A stretch of 64,000 bases of DNA, from contig NW_026782015.1 in assembly GCF_031769215.1 (NCBI RefSeq), positions 434,001 to 498,000 on the forward strand, given 5' to 3'. How positions within the stretch are numbered: position 1 is the first letter of the stretch; each line of letters opens with the position of its first letter. The DNA is from Ylistrum balloti (lineage: Eukaryota). Of the stretch, positions 13,801 to 24,273 are shown one piece after another. The translations under genes were made by a program, and so were the position numbers. The notes below the pieces were generated by a model. It made no database searches and had not been told where the DNA came from. It saw only the letters and a program-made list of their open reading frames with translations.

Positions 13801-16800
13801 CTGTACGACAAATTCTGCCAATGTGACCAGTCTCTTTACAGAGGGTGACACTTACCCTCAACATCTGTACGACAAATTCTGCCAATGTGACCAGTCTCTT
13901 TACAGAGGGTGACACTTACCCTCAACATCTGTACGACAAATTCTGCCAATGTGACCAGTCTCTTTACAGAGGGTGACACTTATCCTCAACATCTGTACGA
14001 CAAATTCTGCCAATGTGACCAGTCTCTTTACAGAGGGTGACACTTACCCTCAACATCTGTACGACAAATTCTGCCAATGTGACCAGTCTCTTTACAGAGG
14101 GTGACACTTACCCTCAACATCTGTACGACAAATTCTGCCAATGTGACCAGTCTCTTTACAGAGGGTGACACTTACCCTCAACATCTGTATGACCAATTCT
14201 GCCAATGTGACCTCTCTTTACAGAGGGTGACACTTATCCTCAACATCTGTACGACAAATTCTGCCAATGTGACCAGTCTCTTTACAGAGGGTGACACTTA
14301 CCCTCAACATCTGTACGACAAATTCTGCCAATGTGACCAGTCTCAGTTTACTGGGGATGATGCTTACCTTACACTTTTGTATTATGAATGCTGCCAAGGT
14401 CACCAGTCTCAATTTACAGGGAGTGATGACGAAATGTTGTTTAAGATTCTCTGGTACACTAAATGACACCTCTGCTGATGTTTCTTCTGAATTGCTTGTT
14501 TGACTTTGGTCTGATGTAATGTCTGTCTGGGACAGATCAACTCGGACAGGATCGGTCAATGAAATTCCAGCCATTCTCTCTACTCCTACAAAAAGTGATG
14601 CAAATGAAGTACAAATCTATATAAAAAAATTGTTCATGTCCCTCCACTAACATATTACATGTAAAGTATTACATTATTTACCTCAGCAACTTACTGGTAC
14701 CTAATCACAAACATTATAACAAGTTTTGAAATGTATACTGCATAAATGTGCAATACCGTTGTAATACCAACTTGAAAATTCATCGAAACAAAAAGGGTCA
14801 TAAATGTACTTACATTTGATGACAAAGACTAATACATTGTTTCTTCTGTTTAACTGCACTATGATTCTAAAAACTCAAAGTTATCACAGACTTGAAAATG
14901 TCTGTAAAACTTAAATGCCTTGCTGCAAAGACCTTGATCTTGGACCCTTGAAACACAATGATGTCTGAAGTATACTTATAACTGATCACTGTGTAAAGTG
15001 TGATCAAATTCCATGAAAGACTGGAGTTGTTAAGTGTTTACAATGAATCAGGTGATAATTTTCTATATGTAGGAAGGGTGACCTTGGCATTGACCTCTGA
15101 CCCCTGAAACACGATGATGTTTGAAGTATATCTATATTAGATCTTTGTATAAAGTTTATTAAAAATCTATGATATAAATGAAGTTGCTTACATTAAATTA
15201 GGACGGGACAGGACTCAATGGAACAGGCTGGGACTTTGTTAGGGTACCTGAAAATAGTACTGCATGACCTCAGTCTGACCCCAAAATTAAGCTATACTTA
15301 CCATCTGTTAGAGTAGCTGACAATAGTACTGTCTGTCTTGGCCGACTTTCAGTCTTGACCAGTCCTCGAGATAACTGAGCTGAGCGGGCCATGTTCAGGG
15401 AGTTGATTATCTGGGCTACATCCTTCTCATATCCCATGTCCAGCATCCTATTAAGTTTCATTCATTATAACTCTAAGACACAATATAACTTCAAAACAAG
15501 ATATGTCAGAGGATTATTGGCCATCACCTGGCTGTTCTTTTCTACAGTTTTGTTCTTAATCGTATGAAATTGAAAAATTCCTCTTAAGATATAACAACAA
15601 TAATCTTTAACTGCAAAATATAAAGTGGTTGAATGTCAGCTGTGTAGCACAACTAATGACCAAGGGGAACCTACATATGAAAATTAAAAAAGATCCATCA
15701 AGCACTTCTAAAGAAATGACAATAATGGACCATGGACTACGGACATAGTGTGATTTGAAGAGCCCACTATCTGATGATAATGGGTTAAATAAGGTCTCCT
15801 TCACATCACAAAATGGGAAAGAGAGTTTTGTTGAATTATAAAACCAATCTAGATAAGTAAAACTACCTCAGTTACTTAGAATGAATGGTTTCTGATAAGA
15901 TATGGGAAAAAGTTAAGTAGCAATAGCTCAGCCAAAATTTATTGGTAGACATAACTCCTAGATCTGCGTGACTTTCTAAAGACCATTTCGTGTTTCATTT
16001 AGATCTCAGCACAGATATGGACAGACGATGCATTTCCAGTTTATGTCCTTGAATGCTGGGTAGGTACAAATACTGTTTACTTACCAGTGATTACAACTGA
16101 GAGATGTTTTTGTGGCTAAATTTTTAGCTGGTGTCAATTAGAAACCAGAGATCATTTTACCCATATTTGATTCAAAGCTTGTTAGGACTGAAAAATACGG
16201 GGACCTCATGACCAGGCACTCCAGGATCCTATGGGATCAGTAATTTACCAAATAAAGTTTACTGTGGTGGTAATCATTATTGTGGTCTTAGGCTGGTTAA
16301 AGGAATTTAGGTCACTTGCAATATCATGTGCCTATGACCTACTTATTAGTTTTTTACTATTTTGTTAACCTCATATTTTGACTTGTAAGAAACACCATCC
16401 TTTCATTCAACATAAGTTGTGAGAAACACCATTCTTTCATTCATCCTATGTTGTGAGAAACATCATCCTTTCATTCATCCAATGTTGTGAGAAACACCAT
16501 TCTTTCATTCAACCTAAGTTGTGAGAAACACCATCCTTTCATTCATCCTATGTTGGGAGAAACACCATACTTTCATTCATCCTATGTTGTGAGAAACACC
16601 ATACTTTCATTCATCCTATGTTGTGAGAAACACCATCCTTTCATTCATCCTATGTTGTGAGAAACACCATCCTTTCATTCATCCTATGTTGTGAGAAACA
16701 CCATCCTTTCATTCATCCTATGTTGTGAGAAACACCATCCTTTCATTCATCCTATGTTGTGAGAAACACCATCCTTTCATTCATCCTATGTTGTGAGAAA

Positions 16801-19800
16801 CACCATACTTTCATTCAACCTAAGTTATGAGAAACACCATCCTTTCATTCATCCAATGTTGTGAGAAACGCCATCCTTTCATTCATCCTATGTTGTGAGA
16901 AACGCCATCCTTTCATTCATCCTATGTTGTGAGAAACACCATACTTTCATTCAACCTAAGTTATGAGAAACACCATCCTTTCATTCATCCAATGATGTGA
17001 GAAACACCATCCTTTCATTCATCCAATGTTGTGAGAAACGCCATCCTTTCATTCATCCTATGTTGTGAGAAACGCCATCCTTTCATTCATCCTATGTTGT
17101 GAGAAACACCATCCTTTCATTCATCCAATGTTGTGAGAAACACCATCCTTTCATTCATCCTATGTTGTGAGAAACGCCATCCTTTCATTCATCCTATGTT
17201 GTGAGAAACACCATACTTTCATTCATCCTATGTTGTGAGAAACACCATCCTTTCATTCATCCAATGTTGTGAGAAACACCATCCTTTCATTCATCCAATG
17301 TTGTGAGAAACGCCATCCTTTCATTCATCCTATGTTGTGAGAAACACCATACTTTCATTCAACCTAAGTTATGAGAAACACCATCCTTTCATTCATCCAA
17401 TGATGTGAGAAACACCATCCTTTCATTCATCCAATGTTGTGAGAAACACCATCCTTTCATTCATCCTATGTTGTGAGAAACACCATCCTTTCATTCATCC
17501 TCTGTTGTGAGAAACGCCATCCTTTCATTCATCCTATGTTGTGAGAAACACCATCCTTTCATTCATCCAATGTTGTGAGAAACACCATCCTTTCATTCAT
17601 CCAATGTTGTGAGAAACACCATCCTTTCATTCATCCAATGTTGTGAGAAACGCCATCCTTTCATTCATCCTATGTTGTGAGAAACACCATCCTTTCATTC
17701 AACCTATGTTATGAGAAACACCATCCTTTCATTCATCCTATGTTGTGAGAAACAATCCTTTCATTCATCCCATCCTTTCATTCATCCTTTCATTCATGTG
17801 TGTGAGAAACACCATCCTTTCATTCATCCAATGATGTGAGAAACACCATCCTTTCATTCATCCAATGTTGTGAGAAACACCATCCTTTCATTCATCCAAT
17901 GTTGTGAGAAACACCATCCTTTCATTCATCCTATGTTGTGAGAAACACCATCCTTTCATTCATCCTATGTTGTGAGAAACACCATCCTTTCATTCATCCT
18001 ATGTTGTGAGAAACACCATCCTTTCATTCATCCAATGTTGTGAGAAACACCATCCTTTCATTCATCCAATGTTGTGAGAAACACCATCCTTTCATTCATC
18101 CAATGTTGTGAGAAACACCATCCTTTCATTCATCCTATGTTGTGAGAAACACCATCCTTTCATTCATCCTATGTTGTGAGAAACACCATCCTTTCATTCA
18201 TCCTATGTTGTGAGAAACACCATCCTTTCATTCATCCTATGTTGTGAGAAACACCATCCTTTCATTCATCCTATGTTGTGAGAAACACTAAACCTTATTT
18301 TTTTCTTCAAGTTAATTATCCTTCCTCCTCAGATAATGCAGATTGCAGTAGACAAAATCACTTCATCCATGGAGATGAAGGACTGAAAAGCTTTACCTCA
18401 ATTTTCCTTGTTGATTCCTGAATCTCTTTACCACCAGGGCCTTACTTTCAGCTCACACACAAGAGGTATTTCCAACCAAGAATAATCCCATTAAATTAAA
18501 TTTTTTTGTTAAGATTGTTTTAAAGGAATAGGAATTCAAATACCCTGTCCTGATTCCATTTCTCCAATGGCCATCAACCCGATTGCCACCACCACAAAGC
18601 TATCACCTACAACTACCACCCTATGGCCACCATCCAATTGTCACCACCCTATGGCCACCATTCAACTGCCAACATCTTACAGTCATCACCCAACAGCCAC
18701 CATCCTACAGTCACACCAAACACCAACCATCCAAATGACAACCCCTATTAGATCCATCATGTTGATAAAGGGTCCAGACTGACTCCATTTTCCTTTCTAC
18801 TAATTGACTTACCTATCAGCCTCGTCCAAAACTAGCCACTGTACTCGTCTTAGACTTAGGCAGTCTGTACTCCTTAAATGATCAATGAGACGGCCAGGGG
18901 TACAGACCAGGATATTGATACCCTTCCTCAATCTGTAACAAAACATATTTATCAGTACGGCCAGGGTTACACACACTACATATATCTATCAGTACAGCCA
19001 GGGGTACACACACTACATATATCTACAGTATGACTGGGGGTACACACACTACATACAATATATCTACAGTATGACTGGGGGTACACACACTACATATAAT
19101 ATATATATCAGTACGGCCAGGGGTACACACACTACATATAATATATATATCAGTATGACTGGGGGTACACACACAACATATAATATATATATCAGTATGA
19201 CTGGGGGTACACACACTACATACAATATATCTACAGTATGACTGGGGGTACACACACTACATACAATATATCTACAGTATGACTGGGGGTACACACACTA
19301 CATATAATATATATATCAGTACGGCCAGGGGTACACACACTACATATATCTACAGTATGACTGGGGGTACACACACTACATACAATATATCTACAGTATG
19401 ACTGGGGGTACACACACTACATATAATATATCTACAGTATGACTGGGGGTACACACACTACATATAATATATCTATCAGTATGACTGGGGGTACACACAC
19501 TACATATAATATATATATCAGTATGACTGGGCTACACACACAACATATAATATATATATCAGTATGACTGGGCTACACACACAACATATAATATATATAT
19601 CAGTACGGCCAGGGGTACACACACAACATATAATATATATATCAGTATGACTGGGCTACACACACAACATACAATATATTTATCAGGGGTACACACACAC
19701 ATATAATATATATATCAGTATGACATATAATATATATGACTGACTGGGGGTACACACACTACATATAATATATCTACAGTATGACTGGGGGTACACACAC

Positions 19801-22800
19801 AACATATAATATATATATCAGTATGACTGGGGGTACACACACAATATATAATATATCTACAGTATGACTGGGGGTACACACACTACATACAATATATATA
19901 TCAGTATGACTGGGGGTACACACACTACATATAATATATCTATCAGTATGACTGGGGGTACACACACTACATATAATATATCTATCAGTATGACTGGGGG
20001 TACACACACACACTGACTGGGGGTACATATATCTACAGTATGACTGGGGGTACACACATACATACAATATATCTATCAGTATGACTGGGGGTACACACAC
20101 TACATATAATATATATATCAGTATGACTGGGCTACACACACAACATATAATATAAATATCAGTATGACTGGGGGTACACACACTACATATAAATTATATA
20201 TCAGTATGACTGGGCTACACACACAACATATAATATATCTACAGTATGACTGGGGGTACACACACTACATACAATATAAATATCAGTATGACTGGGGGTA
20301 CACACACTACATATAATATATATATCAGTATGACTGGGCTACACACACAACATATAATATATATATCAGTATGACTGGGCTACACACACAACATATAATA
20401 TATATATCAGTACGGCCAGGGGTACACACACTACATATAATATATATATCAGTATGACTGGGCTACACACACAACATATAATATATATATCAGTACGGCC
20501 AGGGGTACACACACTACATATAATATATATATCAGTACGGCCAGGGGTACACACACTACATATAATATATATATCAGTATGACTGGGCTACACACACAAC
20601 ATATAATATATATATCAGTATGACTGGGCTACACACACAACATACAATATATTTATCAATATTTCAAAGGGTAAACAAACAACTAATAATATATCTACAG
20701 TATGACTTGGGGTACACACAACATATAATATATATATCTCAGTATGGTCGAGTGTACACAAATAACATATTATATATATATCTGTATGGCTGAGGGTTCA
20801 TATCAAGATGTGGATACCCTTCTTCAGTCTGTGTAAAACATACCTGGCTTTTTCTGCTTTCCGTTTTTCCCCACCAATAATGCATCCTGGCACAATCCAT
20901 CTAAACGGCTGTAATGACAATTAATGAAATATCAATTTGACATACTCACATCAATGAATATGGATCTTTTACATGCTGAGGTTATCCAGTGACCAGACAG
21001 GAAGTCTGATTCAATAAAAAGAAGAAAGGAAGACTATTTTTTCCAAACATTTAATATTTTTGAGAAACTTCTAACAGAAATAAACCAACAACTGTTAGTG
21101 TTGTTTATAGGACTGAATTAATAATTAAAACTATACAACGTATCCCCATCATTACCTCAAATGTGGGGTTCCTTAAATATACAGCCTTGTACCCATGATA
21201 TCATTGTCACAACTGTGGAGTCCCCTCAACATACAACCTTGTACACATGACATTATTGTCACAAGTGTTGATTCCCCTGAAGTCAACCTAAGTTTAAAAA
21301 TTTATTGGATGCACTTAATAAAGATCTGGGAAAAAGTGAAGATGTAATCACATAAGTTCAACAGGTATCAGGCATATACTTACTGCTAGAATGTTCTCAA
21401 ATGTCTTCAGGCACTGTACAGCTAACTGAAATATCATCCAGAGAAAATCTATATTGTTTAGTAATATTGACAGCTTTTTGCTTTCCTTATACTTTTTTAG
21501 TAATGAAACTTAGTAAATTATCAACTGTAAATTTATATTTTTAGTTCAGTGTTCAATAAACATAATGCTTATTTATAACCAGACAGAAAATTAGTTTTAG
21601 ATTGTCCCCATCCCCCTCCCTCTCTTCTTCACATCTTCCCCCTGGCGAGTTCTCACAGCTCTTGAGTGACATCACCTCCAAGGTTAGTTTCTGAAAGAAC
21701 ACATCCACTATTTTGAACCTCACCTCTCTGGTAGGAACAACTATTAGTGCATAGGGGCCATCACTGCGTTTGACCTTTGGAGTCAGATTCTGTAAAGCCT
21801 GGACTATTGGAACAGCAAAGGCTAGAGTCTTCCCTTTAAATGCACAAAAAGAAAATTATGTACAGATACAAATGGTTAAGGTTTGTTAAGTTTAAGATTA
21901 TATCTGAACTGTAGTAGTTTAACTACACAACTGTAACAAGAGATATAAAATATAAAACAGCAACTGAAGCAGGACAAAATATAATTAAAATAACTGTAGC
22001 AGGTGACATAGCAACTGTTTTAGGAGATATTCTACTTATCTGTACATATCAGCAACTTGACCCCTACTACCTGTACATGTCTGTAACTTGGCTTCTTCTT
22101 TCCTATACATATCAGCAATTTGACCCCTACTACCTGTACATGTCTGTAACTTGGCCTCTTCTTACCTGTAACCTGACCTCTACTAACCTGTACATGTCTG
22201 AAATGTGACATCTGCTATCCAGTGCATGTCTGGAACTTGGCCTCTACTTACTTGTATATGCTGTAATTTGACCTCTTCTTACCCAAACCTGTCTGTAACT
22301 TGACCTTTAATAACCTGTATGAGTTTGTAACTCGACCTCAACTAACCTGAGCCTGTCTGTGATTTAACCAGTGTGTCAGCACCAATCATTATATGGGGGA
22401 TGGACTTCTGCTGGACATTGGTCATCTGTGTGATCTCCATCTTATTTTCTAGAGTGCTAATCTATAAACAGTAAACTCATTATCAGTATAGCAATATTGA
22501 GTATGAAGTAGATTTCTGTCTAAATCAGTTTACAATCCCTCACTCAAAAATATTCATGAAACCACTATATCTATTGGCTTACCAGATGAGGATGGATGCC
22601 TAGGTCCTTAAATGTTTTGGAAGAGAACAGGACTTCCTTGATCTGATCCTGAGACACACTGAAATGAATCAAGAACATCTACCTATTAAAGTGAAGAAAA
22701 CAGGCAAATTTGTGGGAATTTATATCTGTTGCTTTCAATGATTAATTTGTAAGGTAGCTATTTACATTCTATCTGTGGGACAGGTGGGCTGTAGGTGATA

Positions 22801-23361
22801 GGATCTTTAACTATTTACCTTTCCACCAGTGGGATGTAAGGGTTGAACGTGATAGGATCTTTGACTATTTACCTTTCCACCTGTGGGATGTGAGGGTTGA
22901 ACGTGATAGGATCTTTAACTATTTACCTTTCCATATGTGGGATGTGAGGGTTGAACGTGATAGGATCTTTGACTATTTATTTTTCCACTTATGGGATGTG
23001 AGGGTTGAACATAATGGGATCTTTGACTACTTACCTTTCCACCTGTGGGATGTAAGGGTTGAAGGTGAAGAGAGAGGAGATGATGGGACCTGTCTTCTGT
23101 TTCTTATTAGCAGGATCATTATCTGTTACAGACTGTGATAATTTACGTTTGAGACCCTCTTGTTGTCCTTCTGTCTCATTGACTTTTCCTTCCTGTACCT
23201 TCTTCTCGTTGTCATTATCCACATTTTGTTCAGGCTGTTGGAATTCCACATTTTTCTGTACTCTGTCGTGTGTTGGTTTGGTCACAGATGTATTGAAAAA
23301 TCCTTTTCCTTTCTTTCTTACATTTGGCTTAACTTTTTTTCGCTGAAAAATTCAACATCAT
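7825..23361 (-). CDS. DDX31: ATP-dependent DEAD-box RNA helicase DDX31 (Dbp7 family), 16 coding exons, ~710 aa
   Basis: Phase-consistent GT-AG exons (minus strand): 23342(or 23363)-23035, 22658-22583, 22461-22347, 21833-21724, 21425-21384, 20908-20844, 18932-18813, 15447-15302, 14585-14368, 13050-12853, 12527-12468, 11848-11658, 11290-11212, 10477-10375, 8400-8217, 7939-7825. Motifs: [35 protein letters not shown]. Family-specific: [53 protein letters not shown]. The exact N-terminus is uncertain. Confidence 0.95.
8505..10290. repeat. 29-bp intronic minisatellite (DDX31), about 60 copies
   Basis: Unit GTAATGTTATCAAGGTGACAACTCACCAT. Confidence 0.95.
12235..12420 (-). mobile_element. Degenerate tRNA-headed SINE in a DDX31 intron
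   Basis: Minus strand has a tRNA-like head (GGGGGCTGCGATAGCTCGGTC...) followed by GTGTCCTTAAGCAAG, which resembles the conserved core of metazoan SINE superfamilies. Confidence 0.45.
13150..13280. repeat. 31-bp tandem repeat, about 4 copies
   Basis: Unit CAATAGTGCATGTGTTGTCAGTACAAGTTTA. Confidence 0.9.
13340..14367 (-). repeat. 64-bp minisatellite (~15 copies) derived from the adjacent DDX31 exon end and donor
   Basis: Period of 64 confirmed (e.g. 13441 versus 13505). The minus-strand unit aligns to the 3' end of exon 14585-14368 plus GTAAG. Confidence 0.9.
14880..15255. mobile_element. Fragment of Helentron/HINE-like interspersed repeat
   Basis: Two related subunits (CCTTG...GACCC.TGAAACAC.ATGATGT.TGAAGTATA) and GACCTTG motifs shared with the other elements of this type in the window. 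Confidence 0.4.
16385..18288. repeat. 34-bp intronic minisatellite (DDX31), about 55 copies
   Basis: Unit GAGAAACACCATCCTTTCATTCATCCTATGTTGT. Confidence 0.95.
18945..20800 (-). repeat. ~41-42-bp minisatellite filling a DDX31 intron, with an exon-derived (VCTPGR) core
   Basis: Minus-strand unit GTGTGTACCCCTGGCCGTACTGATATATATATTATATGTAGT (variant ...CCCCCAGTCATACTG...) versus the exon sequence GTCTGTACCCCTGGCCGTCTCATTGAT. Confidence 0.9.
22020..22346 (-). repeat. Degenerate ~31-bp repeat after a DDX31 donor
   Basis: Minus-strand units such as GAGGTCAAGTTACAGACATGTACAGGTTAGT versus the exon end CTGGTTAAATCACAGACAGGCTCAG|GTTAGT. Confidence 0.75.
22775..23034 (-). repeat. 54-bp tandem repeat (~4-5 copies) copying the DDX31 exon end and donor
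   Basis: Unit contains TTCAACCCTCACATCCCACAGGTGGAAAGGTAAATAG versus the exon end TTCAACCCTTACATCCCACAGGTGGAAAG|GTAAGTAG. Confidence 0.9.
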
Positions 23362-24059
23362 GGCTATAAGCTATATGTTATATGTATGTGTAGCATAATA
23401 TATATCCCATTGTTGCTTGAATTGTAGTGTAGAACATCTTCACTGAGCAAAATGTATACTTTCTGTAGTCCTTATAGGCAGCCCCAGGAACTCACTACAA
23501 TACTCGAGTTTCTATAAAGTTATGCTTTGTTATTGAGAATTTTCTCTCAGAATCGATTGAAAGAAAAAACAAAACTGTTAAAAACAATATACAGGAAAAT
23601 GCTGCTCATTACAAATGATGTACAATTCACCATGTTACACATATATAAAATAAAAACTTTGCAAAACAATTTGAAAGTCTTGAATTTATCTACTTCACAA
23701 GACATTTTACCCCATCCCAAACAATTCCTGCTGAAATGCAACGGGCCTCCCGCAAGTTGTCCAATGTTCAATGTGGTTGTCACCAGATACCACAAGGAGG
23801 CCCCGTCACAAAATGACTCTGGATGTTGATACATCAAACCAAACATTCAAACAAAATCTACAAGTTGATATACAAAATATCTTCCTGGAAAAAAAATACC
23901 CGATTAGTTACTATGTATAAAAAAACGACACAATTTTACAGTGCTATATATCGTAAAGTATTGTTTTACCCGTATCTTTACACCAGGGTCTTTATAAGAT
24001 TCAGATTCTTTTAAAAATACGTTTAGTTGCAGTTCTCGATCTGTCATCTTTATGATCGT

Positions 24060-24273
24060 CTATCAACAAACCCACGTGTGACATAACCTGAATCGCGTTA
24101 TCAATTACAGCTTCTTAGCGATGACTTGGGTGGCATGAAGTCAAGTGCGTTAACGATATTTGTTTATCTATCGGAAATGATCTTCTGTTTCGGGGGTAGA
24201 AAAAGTGTCAACTTCCTGTTTTGTTTTTAGCAAAACTAATAAAAGATATGAAATTTCAAAATCATTGATAATC
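24060..24273. promoter_or_regulatory. Probable bidirectional promoter shared by DDX31 (-) and C19orf25 (+)
   Basis: Divergent genes less than 1 kb apart. CpG-retaining segment with an ETS-like ACTTCCTG (24211-24218), an E-box CACGTG (~24073-24078) and a candidate minus-strand donor CAG|GTTATG at 24088. Confidence 0.55.

Noticed and set aside
13190-14503. ORFs of 70-121 aa in the 64-bp array
   Set aside because: Periodic translations of the minisatellite, antisense to a DDX31 intron.
15447-18288. 34-bp array as a copy of the acceptor at 15447 (ATGAATGAAA...GGATG.TG)
   Set aside because: The match needs a 7-nt gap, is short and AT-rich, and the array ends about 940 bp from the junction. Not counted as junction-seeded.
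19023-20554. Cys-rich [12 protein letters not shown] / VVCVPPVIL repeat ORFs
   Set aside because: Translations of the intronic minisatellite, with stops and frame changes.
23547-23846. 99-aa minus-strand ORF as the first coding exon of DDX31
   Set aside because: No DDX31-like sequence and no phase-compatible junction that I could support.
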